This document shows, one piece after another, positions 13,704 to 25,380 of a stretch of 64,000 nucleotides of DNA (positions are counted from its first letter, which is position 1; every line of letters begins with the position of its first letter). The stretch spans positions 61,318,001-61,382,000 of the forward strand of contig NC_135813.1 of NCBI RefSeq assembly GCF_964213995.1, read 5' to 3'. The notes beneath the pieces were generated by a model. It was given only the letters and a program-made list of their open reading frames with translations, searched no databases and was not told where the DNA came from. This DNA comes from Mustelus asterias. Taxonomy: Eukaryota. Position numbers and translations under genes: made by a program.

Positions 13704-16700
13704 TAGGAGCGAAAGTAACAGGGTCGTTGTTATGGGGGACTTTAACTTTACAAATATTGACTGGAAAAGCTATAGTTCGAGTACTTTAGAGGGGTCAGAT
13801 TTTGTCCAATGTGTGCAGGAAGGCTTCCTGACACAGTATGTAGATAGACCAACAAGAGGCGAGGCCACATTGGATTTGGTACTGGGTAATGAACCAGGCC
13901 AGGTGTTAGATTTGGTGGTAGGTGAGCACTTTGGTGATAGTGACCACAATTCGATTACGTTTACCTTAGCAATGGAAAGGGATAGATCTGTACCAAAGGG
14001 CAAGAGCTATAGCTGGGGGAAAGGAAATTATGATGCGCTTAGGCGAGATTTAGGTGGCATAGGTTGGGGAACGAAACTGCAGGGGATGGGCACAATTGTA
14101 ATGTGGAGCTTGTTCAAGGAACAGCTACTACGCATCCTCGATAAATATGTACCTGTCAGGCAGGGAGGAAGCAGTCATGTGAGGGAACCATAGTTTACTA
14201 AAGGGGTTGAATCTCTAGTGAAGAGGAAGAAGGAGACTTATGTCAACATGAGACATGAAGGCTCAGTTAGGGCACTTGAGAGTTACAAGTTAGTCAGGAA
14301 AGACCTAAAGAAAGAGTTAAGAAAAGCCAGGAGGGGACATGAGAAGTCTTTGGCAGGTAGGATCAAGGAAAACCCTAAAGCTTCCTATAGATATGTCAGG
14401 AGTAAAAGAATGACGAGGGTAAGATTAAGGCCAGTCAAGGACAGTAGTGGGAAGTTGTGCGTGGAGTCTGAAGAGATAGGAGAGGAACTAAATGAATATT
14501 TTTCGTCGGTATTCACACAGGAGAGGGACAGTGTTGTCGAAGGGAGTACTGAGATGCAGGCTGTTGGACTGGACGGGATTGAGGTTCAGAAGGAGGTGTT
14601 AGCAATTCTGGAAAGGGTAAAAATAGATAAGTCCCCTGGGCCGGATGGGATTTATCCTAGGATTCTCTGGGAGGCTAGAGAGGAGATTGCAGAGCCTTTG
14701 GCTTTGATCTTTGGGTCGTCATTGTCTACAGGAACAGTGCCAGAAGACTGGAGGATAGCAAATGTTGTTCCCTTGTTCAAGAAGGGGAGTAGAGACAACC
14801 CTGGTAATTATAGACCGGTGAGCCTTACTTCTGTTGTGGGCAAAGTTTTGGAAAGGATTATAAGAGATAGGATTTATAATCATCTGGAAAGGAATAATTT
14901 GATTCGGGATAGTCAGCACGGTTTTGTGAAGGGTAGGTCGTGCCTCACAAACCTTATTGAGTTCTTTGAGAAGGTGACCAAAGAGGTGGATGAGGGTAAA
15001 GCGGTTGATGTGGTGTATATGGATTTCAGCAAAGTGTTTGATAAGGTTCCCCATGATAAGCTATTGCAGAAAATACGGACACGTGGGATTGAGGGTGATT
15101 TAGTGGTTTGGATCAGGAATGGGCTAGCTGTAAGAAAACAGAGGGTGGTAGTTGATGGGAAATATTCATCCTGGAGTTCAGTTACTAGTGGTGTACAGCA
15201 ATGATCTGTTTTGGGGCCACTGCTGTTTTGTCATTTTTATTAATGACCTGGATGAGGGCGTGGAAGGATGGATTAGTAAATTTGCGGATGACACTAAAGT
15301 CGGTGGACAGTGCAGAAGGAAGTGGCAGGTTACAGAGGGACATAGATAAGCTGCAGAGCTGGGCTGAGAGGTGGCAAGTGGAGTTTAATGCAGAAAAGTG
15401 TGAGGTGATTCACTTTGGAAGGAGTAACAGGAATACAGAGTACTGGGCTAATGGAAAGATACTTGGTAATGTGGATAAACAGAGGGATCTGGGTGTCCAT
15501 GTGCATAGATCCCTGAAAGTTGACACCCAGGTTGATAGGGTTAGTAAGAAGGCATACAGTGTGTTAGCTTTTATTGGTTGAGCGATTGAGTTTCGGAGCC
15601 ATGAGGTCATGCTACAACTGTACAAAACTCTGTTGCGGCCGCACTTGGAGTATTGCATACAGTTCTGGTCGCCACATTATAGGAAAGATGTGAAGCGTTG
15701 GAAAGAATGCAGAGGAGATTTACCAGGATGTTGCCTGGTATGGTGGGAAGGTCTTATGAGGAAAGGCTGAGGGACTTGAGGTTGTTTTCGTTAGAGAGAA
15801 GAAGGTTAAGAGGTGACTTAATAGAGGCATACAAGAGGATCAGAGGATTAGATAGGGTGGATAGTGAGAGCCTTTTTCCTCAGATGGTGATGGCTAACAC
15901 GAGGGGGCATAGCTTTAAATTGAGGGGCAAGAGAGATAGGACAGATGTTAGAGGTAGGTTCTTTACTCAGAGAGTAGTAAGGGCGTGGAATGCCCTGCCT
16001 GTAGCAGCAGTGGACTCGTCAACATTAAGAGCATTCAATTGGTTATTCGATAAACATATGGATGATATTGGAATAGTGTAGGTTTGACGGGCTTTAGATT
16101 GGCTTCACTGGTCGGCGCAACATCGAGAGCCGAAGGGCCTGTACTGCGATGTAATGTTCTATGTTTTATGTTCTAAAGTTTTGCAGTTTCCTATAATTTT
16201 ATAGCCCTCTATTAAATTTCTTCAGTCATCGCTTTTTAAATGATGTCGCCATCCAACCTCTAAATTTTACCTGAATGTGTATAACTGGATGATTCAGAAG
16301 CGATTTCATAAAGTGCTCTGAATTCTGGACATAAACGTCACATAGAATTCAGATCCTTCCAGTTGTGGGACACAAATCCGCTAGGTCTATTTTTAAATTA
16401 ATATTGTCAGATTTTTCACGAAATGTTAAATGAAAGCCATGCATTTTGTATATAATATCTATGTTCCGGATAAGGCCACTGAACGCACAAAAAAATGTCT
16501 CGAAAAGCATAAGAAATTGAACTTGACCATTTAGCCAAATTTTTAAAAATTGCTATGAATGTCTTGAGGGACAGTGTATAGAAAAGGAAACCGGAACCTG
16601 AGATAACGGAGCAGGTATTTCATTACATTTTTAAGTTGAAATGAAACTTCAATATTTTCAGAGAAGACACTGAAAAATACAGAAAGCAGGATGCAGCCGA

Positions 16701-16827
16701 CACACTATACAACTGTCGTAATATGAAATGTTCCACTTAAAGTCAAGCATCTAATAGCTGATTCAGAAATTTAGTTTTATGGAAACTTATCTAATAGTAT
16801 AACAGATAAATGCATCGAGGTCTGGAA

Positions 16828-17149
16828 TCAGATACAGCTGGATCACGCAATAGTTTTAGAAGCGGGTTTGCCTGAGTCTCGTATTTGACCAGACAGGAGT
16901 AAAGTTCGTGTGAGTTCCACTCTGAGGCTGACAGAGTCAAATAACTGCTCACACTGAACGTGTTGTCTGCCTCCTGCTGGATCCGACTCGTTTCAACGCC
17001 ATTCCCTCTGACGCTGCCATCTACAATCCATTCATTCTCCACAGCTCCCGGGTTAAAACCGTTCACAAAACACGCCAGGGTCGCCGTGTTCTTCGTTGTG
17101 ATTTGATCTAATGACGGCGGAAGGACAGAGATAATGGGGCTCTGTGGAT
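16828..17149 (-). pseudogene. IGLC: Ig lambda (type II) light-chain constant exon, frameshifted at its 3' end
   Basis: Acceptor ttttctactttacag|AT. Peptide PQSPIISVLPPSLDQITTKNTATLACFVNGFNPGAVENEWIVDGSVRGNGVETSRIQQEADNTFSVSSYLTLSASEWNSHELYSCLVK is a C1-set domain of shark lambda type. The ancestral ..SSCI* end (stop 16828-16830) is in another frame; the current frame reads on to 16791. Confidence 0.95.
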
Positions 17150-17544
17150 CTGTAAAGTAGAAAACAATGAAAGAATATCCAATATTAATCGGCTTAAAAC
17201 TGTTATTCTTCAAATCTGAAACTTCCTCGTTACTATGTAAAGCTGCGAGAATGTTAATAGAATGGAACCTTATTAGTGTGAATTGAACAAGAACTAACAT
17301 CCACAGCTCGAGGGAGCAAGTAACCAGAGATGATGTTTCTATTTCAGCTGCATGGAAGAGAGCAGATGAAAATTCTTGAAGCCAGAAAATACTAAACGTA
17401 CAAATAACAGGGAACCACAACATTGCTTCAAATGCCCTCACCTGGCGGAGACGTTCGCAGTGTCCCACAAAATGAGGATTTTTTTAAAGCCAATGGTGAT
17501 AGCAAAGATTGAGCACTATGTGCCTTCCAAATCCGTCTAAAATG

Positions 17545-17795
17545 ACAACGGCCAAATATACATGGGAACCACGTTTCCTTCCAAGTCACATATCATCCTG
17601 ACTTGGAGCTATATCACTGTTCCATCACTGTCGTTGGGTCATATTCCTGGAATTCTCTCCCTAACAGCACCGTGGACGTACCTACACTTCAGGGGCTGCA
17701 GCGGTTCAAGAAAGCAGCTCACCTTCTCAAGGGAAATTCGGCATGGACCATAAATGTTGGCCTACTGAGCGACGTCCACATCTCTAGAATAAAAG
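17545..17795 (+). mobile_element. L2/Crack-like LINE 3' fragment in the J-C intron
   Basis: Matches the 3' end of the elements at 6190-9060 and 29975-30580 (SWNSLPNSTV..PT.QGLQRFKKAAHLLKG). Confidence 0.75.
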
Positions 17796-18194
17796 TACCT
17801 TAAACACACGGTGACAATCAATTTAACATTGATCTCCATTGTTGACGTATCTTCTGTCTTGCATTTATTTTGGCGGTGCAGTCACTCTTATATTGGTGTT
17901 TGTAATTCAGTACATTTGCGGCCAGGGCCGCTCAGCCAGTTACTGGATTGTGCAACATTTCCCGCCTATAAGACTGTGAGGATACTGAGGAAAATCTCAG
18001 AGGAATTTTCTATCAAATTCCAAGTATGTTTTTTCGTAGTATTTCTGGTGTCATGAAATTTACGTTTACGCTAGAAAGGAACTAGTTTCCAGCAATAGAT
18101 TTCACCAATACTGAATAAGAATATCCCAAGAATATCCTCAATGCGCAAATAATACATACAGACATATCATGGCCAATCGTATCCTCCAACCAAC

Positions 18195-18370
18195 ACTGCT
18201 ATTGCAAATTGGTCATTATCACATTGGTGTTTGTGGAACCTGCCTGTGTTCATGCAGTCTGCCGTGATTCTGACATTACAATAGTGACTGCACTTCAAAA
18301 GTATTAATTGACTGGGAAGCGCTTGAGATTTCATGCTGGTGTGGGGTGCGCTTTATCAATGCAAGCTGGT
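18195..18370 (+). mobile_element. DeuSINE/SacSINE1-like SINE remnant (3' part)
   Basis: ggtcattatcacattggtgtttgtgg...acattacaatagtgactgcacttcaaaagta...gcgctttatcaatgcaag resembles the recalled Deu-domain SINE 3' region. Confidence 0.55.
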
Positions 18371-19281
18371 TCTTGCATTTGACTAAATATAGGTGTTCTC
18401 GTTACAGTGGCAATGAAATATAACCCGGTGTAACAACATCGAAGCAAGACTGCTAACATTTATTGTATTTTTAAATAACCGCTCAAACCGCCAGATACCA
18501 GCGGCACACACTCAGTAAAATGTCTTCGGCAATTTGTAGGAACGATAATAACCCTTTTTTTCCAATTTCAGAAACAAACGCCGAACCGCTATAATTAGTT
18601 CTAGCAGTGAGATGTGCTTTCAGCCGTGGTCCACCAATACGAGATTTGTCCGTCTCGGACTAACAATCTACAACATCGCTTTGCTTCCCTTGCCGATTTG
18701 TAGACCGAAACTACGATAACTTAGACAAGTGCCCCCAGTTCCTATCGTGAAAATCTCTTTGCATAATGTGGAGTTTAGCTAAATATTCTGATGCCCTAAT
18801 ATCTGGAACCCCTTGGAATTATAGAGCAATGTCTAAAATTATCAGATTTCACTATTGTCCAAAAAACAGAATATCAATTCGACACTTCGAACGACAGAAT
18901 CTCTACAGTGCATAAGACGTTCATTCGGCCCAACGAGCCTGCACCGATTCTGGGAAAGAGCATCCCACCCAGGCTCAATCACACACACACCAACAACTAC
19001 CACCGCCCCCCACCACCCCCCCCCCCCCCACTCGAAATGCGGAAGGTAGTACTGAGCGTTTTGCACTGGGCGGTTGTCGAGTTTGAAGACGAGTGACCGC
19101 GAGTTCCAGTAATTCGTCACACCATCCATGCACAGTATCAATCGTAGGCTGGGGAATGAATCGTGGTAACGCTCCACGTTAAATGTAAACTGAACCGTGT
19201 CAAAAGATATAGTCTTTGAACAGGGCTGTGAGGAAAGGGAAAGAGGGTAGGCGTGGGGTAGGTGAGGGGTGAGGGTTGGGG

Positions 19282-19441
19282 CGAAAGAACCCAGGAACAC
19301 ATGATTGTGTGAGCCACCAGAACCTTCACAATAACTAAATGGGCTGGAGTGTTCGCTGCATTAATACTTTATCTCCACAGTAACTAGAGACGTTAACTTT
19401 CACTACTGTTGATTTTTTAACTAGTCGCACTTGAGGTCAAC
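19282..19441 (+). repeat. Inverted 160-bp duplicate of the IgL 5'UTR, leader exon and start of the L-V intron, located in the J-C intron
   Basis: Reverse complement of 20610-20769 with 5 mismatches. Leader copy at 19331-19379 has ATA as start and an intact GT donor (19380-19381). Confidence 0.95.
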
Positions 19442-20215
19442 CCCGTCTGAAGAAACCCGTGAAATTCAAAGGGCGATAGAATGTTAGCATGCAAACTCGC
19501 GCCCTTTGAAAGACTGTCCGATTAGTCTATTCGTCGTATATTTGCTTTCGCTTTTCCAAAGGTTATCTACTTTCTTTCTAAGCTTTGCCAAGTTTAAGTT
19601 GGCCACGCTCTTATAGCTAAGATAACACATTCCTAATAGCGCCTTTGGCAATGTGAATATCATTTCTATCGCCTCGTTCTTCTAGAAATGATGTTCAATT
19701 TATTGCCTCTTGCTTTCATCTTGCTGCGACAGACTGACTTCTAATTAAAAACAAGATCTGCAAAGCATTCCCTTGGTTTCTAGTGGAACTACATAATTTC
19801 GTTTTCTGTTTCAATAAAATATCAAAGTACTGGTGCAAATTTAATAAATTGCGTCTGCGCCCTTTCCAAGTCCTGGACTGTAACATTTGGCGCAGGTTCA
19901 TGGCTATCGCCGAAATATTATTCGGTACTGATTCAGAAGTTCTAAATCAATACATTGAAAGTCAATACTCCTGATGTACTCTAATTCAATCCACCACGCC
20001 AGTGATTGTAAAGTACATTTTTGTCAGTTTTAAGTTACGCTGCACTCATGAAATTTGAGGATTTGAAGAAGCAAATGCCAGTGGTTGTGCTATAACCGGG
20101 AGAGACTCGGGCGCGGTTATTTTCCAGTCAGCGATTTTCCACTGTAATAATCAAAGCAAATCAAAAACTCGTTGCTGATTAATTCAAAATTTAATATTCA
20201 CAATAATTTACTTAC

Positions 20216-20554
20216 TGTACAGGATCAGCTTCGTTCCTCTCCCGAAGATCCATCTTCCGCTTGCTGCACAACAGTAATAATATCCGGCGTCCGCTGATTG
20301 CACGTTGGTGATGGTCAATTGTATCTTGTTAGTCGATGATTCCACAGACCCAGTAAATCGATCAGAGATATCCGGTGCGGTTTCGTCTTCCTCGTCCCAG
20401 CCCAATACAGGAGCGCTGCTGGGTTTCTGCCAGTACCAGCTCGCGTAGTGACTGCTGATGCTACCTCCGGACATGATGCAGGCGATCTTGACGGTTTCCC
20501 GCGGGGATGTTGAAATGGATTGTGGCTGAGTCAGGACAGGGTCCCCATTTGTAC
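20216..20554 (-). pseudogene. IGLV: Germline-joined Ig lambda (type II) VJ exon; reading frame open
   Basis: Acceptor tttttatttcaccag|GT. Peptide TNGDPVLTQPQSISTSPRETVKIACIMSGGSISSHYASWYWQKPSSAPVLGWDEEDETAPDISDRFTGSVESSTNKIQLTITNVQSADAGYYYCCAASGRWIFGRGTKLILY has both Cys, the Trp and FGxG. No RSS between V and J. Phase-1 donor A|gtaagt joins C in frame (..LYNPQSP). Confidence 0.95.
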
Positions 20555-20671
20555 CTGGTGAAATAAAAATTGATTGATCAGACGCACTTCTACGCTGCGA
20601 ATACCGCCCGTTGACCTCAAGTGCGACAAGTTAAAAAATCAACAGTAGTGAAAGTTAACGTCTCTAGTTTC

Positions 20672-20720
20672 TGTGGAGATAAAGTATTAATGCAGCGAAT
20701 ACTCCTGCCCATTTAGTTAT
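20672..20720 (-). pseudogene. Ig light-chain leader exon, start codon ATG>ATA and donor GT>GA
   Basis: ATA ACT AAA TGG GCA GGA GTA TTC GCT GCA TTA ATA CTT TAT CTC CAC A|gaaact = (M)TKWAGVFAALILYLH. 117-bp intron to the V exon; phase 1 gives ..LHSTNG|DPVLTQ. Confidence 0.9.
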
Positions 20721-20777
20721 TGTGAAGGTTCTGGTGGCTCACACAATCATGTGTTCCCGGGTTCTTTCGAAGCCTCC

Positions 20778-20833
20778 CTTAAATATTTGCAAACTTGGCA
20801 ACGTCACAGAATGTCAAGTATGCATGCAAATCA
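20778..20833 (-). promoter_or_regulatory. Ig light-chain promoter: octamer/decamer, CRE-like site, TATA-like box
   Basis: On minus strand: TGATTTGCAT (20833-20824, light-chain orientation), TGACGT (20806-20801), TATTTAAG (20785-20778). Octamer is ~105 bp upstream of the leader start position. Confidence 0.85.
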
Positions 20834-21084
20834 ACATCGATGTGGAATCAGAGAGCAGGACCCCTAAACTTCATTTGCAGAATTCGTATTCCAACCATCT
20901 TAGGAAAAGTGTCAAACCGTACGCAGCAACACAAGAAAGATTTAATACAGTTTAATCAAAGTACGCCCAATAAGGAACAACGAGTAGCCGAACTATGCTT
21001 GGGGTATGAAAATTGTGTGGGCGAGGGACAGGTGGTAAATGATTTCATAGCTATGGGGTACACACGAACAAATATAGACACCCT

Positions 21085-21330
21085 ACAGTACAGATGGAGG
21101 TCATTTGGCCCACTGAGACTGTACCTCCCCTGACCTATCCATTTACCGCGGCCAATCCACCTAACCTGTGCATCCTGGGACTATGGGAGGTAACAGGAGC
21201 ACCCGGAGGAATCCCACGCAGACACGGGGAGAAAGTGCAAACTCCACACAGTTACCCAATGCCGGAATTGAACCCAGGTCCCTGGCGCTGTGAAGTAACA
21301 GTGCTAACCACTGTACCACCGTGCGGCCCC
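21085..21330 (-). mobile_element. HE1-type V-SINE
   Basis: Reverse complement of gggccgcacggtggtacagtggttagcactg...tgtgtggagtttgcactttctccccgtgtctgcgtggg with a CR1-like tail. Confidence 0.9.
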
Positions 21331-21599
21331 ATACGTTAGGTGAGTAGAGGCTGAGTTGAGACTTTATTGGTACATATCCAGGAAATGAACGGAGATTGAG
21401 CAATGTCCTTCATGGCTTTCGTGGATGAGTAGATGAACGGACGGATGGATGGATACGCGGACGGATAATACACAAACACATCCAGAAGTTATCCTGTATT
21501 GCGATGTGCGCGAAATGTCAATAATACCTGGAAACAATATTCATGTCTTGGTTAATGTTAGTGAGTTGCGTGTAGTGAGAAGAAATATGGTTGAGGAAA

Positions 21600-22600
21600 A
21601 AGTGATTCAGATGGCTCAGAGGTGCGTTATGAATCAAAACCTGACAGCCTTCCACATAAAAGAACATTGCGGCAGAGGGTTAAATACTTCGACATAGATG
21701 AGAGTTTTAAGGACAGAGGTTGAGGTGCTGAAGGAGAAACCTCGGGCGCTTAGGGCCTCGGCCGCTGGAGACAAGGCCATCAATACTTGAATCATTTAAA
21801 TCGGGGTGTTCAGGAGGCTAGAATTGATGGTCGATATCTCGGAGTATCGTGAGTGTAGAGAAACATGGAGATATGGCAGCGCAAGGATAACAAGTATGAA
21901 GACTATCTGATTCAGCCTCAGAAAATTCCTAAGGAAGTAGATGGAGCCGACGGATGTGGAGCTGAGATTTTACGGAGAACTGAAAACAACGGCTTTCGTG
22001 TTCCTAATGTTTATCTGCGGGATTTGTTCTCATCCACTACTTGATGTCGGTCCTGTCGTTTGATAATTTAACAGAGGACAATGGATGGATCCAGTAATGT
22101 GGTAACGAGGGATAGCTAGCTGCTGCCGCCTACATTTGGAAACTTATACCATGCTGACATTTGGAAACTTATACTATGCTTTGGGCTATGTCTCCGGTAG
22201 ATGAGAACTAGATGAGAAATAGCAGGTGCAGAAGGTTAGATCCTTCGGAAATAATAGAGGCCATGGAGTACGAAGAGAAGTGAATGCATTGCAATGAACT
22301 ATAATTGGCCATGATTAGACAGGATAGAATTGAAGCAACCAAGGACAGACCCACCCAGCTGTATGATGGAACAAATGTATTGGAGGGGGAGGATGTGGAC
22401 AACCATTCTAAAAGCTATAGATAAGTGAAAAAGGGTGCGATGAAATTGTTTATCTATGACATAATCACATGGGAATACCTTAGAGAATTTGATAATGGAT
22501 CTGAGAGGAATATTGATGTCAGCGGAACAAATGAGGCTTTCAATGCCAATATTTTGTGGGACGAAGGTTGAATGGGTCAAATGTAACATTGAGAAAGATA
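21600..22600 (-). mobile_element. Old L2-like LINE fragments
   Basis: Degenerate segments resembling the L2 3' region (gcttagggcctcggccgctggagacaaggcc); a related stretch is at ~34250-34550. Confidence 0.45.
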
Positions 22601-25380
22601 TGGAAAACTAAAAAGTGAACTGTCCTTGGGATATATTATTCCAGGAATCGTCGTACGAAATTCCGTTCCCTGTCATTTCATGCAATTGTTTAAAAATTGG
22701 TCGCATACAATTTACACATGATTTTAGCACGTGTTCTTTGAAGAAATGAAGAATCTAAACTTTCCTCGCGCAGTTGAAGAGAGCAGAAGACAGCAAGACA
22801 TAAATTCAGTTAGTGTACCAAGATAACTGCATACTCCGAGAGCATACCATTTCCCTTCCAAGTGCATAGACTCAGAAAGATATAGCAAGAATAAACTTTT
22901 TCCGCCCACCCTGCGTCTGCCGACAGTGTGAAGGAGTTCTCGAATTAGAGCCACAAAGGCCAGCTTTACTCCCCGTATCCCTATGTACTTCCCATCTTCA
23001 AATACTTGTCCAAATTGCCTTTGGAATGCTACCTTGAAACTTCTCACCATTTCAGGTACTGAATTCCAATTGGTAATCATTCGACTTGTAATTATTTTCT
23101 CCTCTCATCGCCTCTAGTTCTTTTGCTGAATTACTCTGGTTACGTGCCGCTGACGCACGTTTTGTCTTGTAGCTCATCAAGTTCCTTCAACAGCATTGCT
23201 GTCAAATCTGCACTGAACCACTCTCCTCTAGTCTCTCTAGATAACTGAGCTTTTTTCTCCCTGTTGCAAGGGCACAGGAGAGAGTTTGTGCCCTCTGGTG
23301 CTTATCCTTTTTTCAGGCCCCTTACCCTGCCGTCTCTCTTCCCCCCTAACTCTCCTCCTTAATCGCACATGGTATTCACAGTCTCCACTCTCAGTAACAG
23401 TATTGGCCCCTCACACCGTTGCACCGCCCCGGTTCCCTCTGCTCTCCGTATTCTTCCTCTTCCTTATCTCTTTTTCGTGCCCGCTCCTCTGCCCCTGGCA
23501 GGACCCGGTGCGTTCTGACTCTGCTCGCCCCTGAATGTCCCAACGTCACGTCGAAGCGCGCTCCTTGTAAGCTTATTGCCGTCACTGGGGCTGCGCACCA
23601 GCGCCTGTGCACGCGCAGGACTGTTCAATGGTGAGAGGGAATTTGGAACAGGAGACGGGTATCTCGAAATGCTCATTTTTGCAGGGAACAGTTTCTCTCC
23701 TCCTCCCCGTGGAGTCCCCGATGGAATGTGATCGGTATCTGTTGATTGACGGGTGGGTGGCATTTGAGCAACATCTCTGAATCTGCCTGAACTCGAAACG
23801 GGTTTATTATTTCAAATATCTTTGGGATTCATCCAATAGTGTGCGAATGAAATTTTCCCCCACAGGCTGAAACCGATTCTGTTTTATCATTCTTTTTACA
23901 ACCATAATCTCACGTCTCTGATCTGATCCTCAAATTCTCATCCGCACGCCATTTGCCTCTATGTTTTGCACCTTGTGCATCCACCCCTCCGTTCCCCCAA
24001 ACCCACAAATTAGGGGCCTTCCCGATTGTCATCCCAGTAAATATCTTCAACGGCCTCTCTAAGTGTTTGTTTGACGAACACGGCGTTGTCCAAAATTAAA
24101 CAGAAAGCAACAACTAAATGTTGTTGCCTAAAGGGCTATTCTCACTAGCCTGTTTTCGGACTCTTCATCTCTATTAAGCCATTACCTTTATTTCTCCCTT
24201 TGTTGCTTCTCATCTGAAATCGATCATTCACCGCTACTTCCTGTTTTCTGTCCCCTGAGCTATGTAGGCAAGCTGCAATCATTGACCCTGCAATATAATA
24301 GGCTTCCATTGAGGTAACAAGTACAATAATTCTATCAATCGGCTTTTAAGTCCAAATACACATCAAAGATACCACCCTCGTCAACTTCATCCATTGTTTC
24401 ATTAAATAATCACTGGGAACAAGATTTTCCTTCAACAACTCATTGCCGGCTTTCATTTCTTAATTCACATTTTGCCAAGTATCTGAATTTTCTGGCGGGT
24501 TGGTACGTCGGAAGTTTTTTTCAACCACTAACGTGGCTGTCTGGCCTATCAGTGGCAGAATTACTGATTTTCCTTTTTTGAACATGGATGCAATATTTGG
24601 GCAGTTCCCATTGACAATCCCATATCTAAGGTAGACTCGAAAACTGTTGCCAGGACCTCAGCAATTTGAACCCTTCCTCCTTGCAGCTAAATAGGATAAA
24701 AACCGTTTGGAACGGGCCAGATTTGTATTTTGAGCACGGCGATCATTTGTATACAGCCTCTATATTATCCTGACTATTTCTGCATTACATGCTTCTTTAT
24801 CATGGCATTGAGAACACCTTCTTCCTCGTTGGATGTCATCGCAATATAGGGGACGGTAAATTTGATTCTGACTTTCCCCCTTTTTCTTCACTTTCCTATT
24901 ATTCGCAATAAGGTGTACTTTTCGAAGAAGTGCTTTAAACTTTGGGCTGTTGCGATTTTAAATGCTATACATAAGCAGGCTTCCTGGTAAGTTTAAATAA
25001 AAAGAAATTGACACAACGCCCATATTGTGAAAGCAACGAATCATTTACCCCTCAAAGGGCTGGACACATACACACAAGAAAAGACGAAGGCTAGGGATGA
25101 CACGTGTAATTACATTACGAATCGAATAACAGGAAAGAAATAACATATCTTTAGTCAGTCGTTTAAGGTTATATCATTGCAGACCTGAACGGTTTATTTC
25201 TCTTGGCTCCCTCAAGATAGTTGGAGGTTGGCAGGTTCTTCTTTTTCATGAAAAGTTGAGGCTGACCTTATGTGGAGAAGTAGAATCTTGGACCTGAGAA
25301 TAAATTATCCTCTCCGCTCATTCTCTGAGCTGACTGCTTGATTGGACCGGGTTATTTTCGTCTTACTGGGACGAAATTTC

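Larger units (their letters stand above)
11869..16175 (+). mobile_element. Near full-length CR1 LINE (ORF1 with Cys-rich N-terminus and SGNH esterase; ORF2 APE endonuclease plus RT); inactivated by stops and frameshifts
   Basis: ORF1 CCSRCRMWE...HICAGC and VIGDSIVKG. ORF2 [45 protein letters not shown]. 3' (GTTCTAT)-like tail at ~16155-16175. Confidence 0.95.

Noticed and set aside
16791-17468. The 225-aa ORF as a single-exon membrane protein
   Set aside because: Its N-terminal part is intron read-through upstream of the C acceptor at 17150.
20739-20750. Upstream ATG as a rescue start for the leader
   Set aside because: ATG ATT GTG TGA stops after three codons.
22130-22182. 25-bp tandem duplication (also an 11-bp one at ~61427-61450)
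   Set aside because: Ordinary slippage duplications with only two units.
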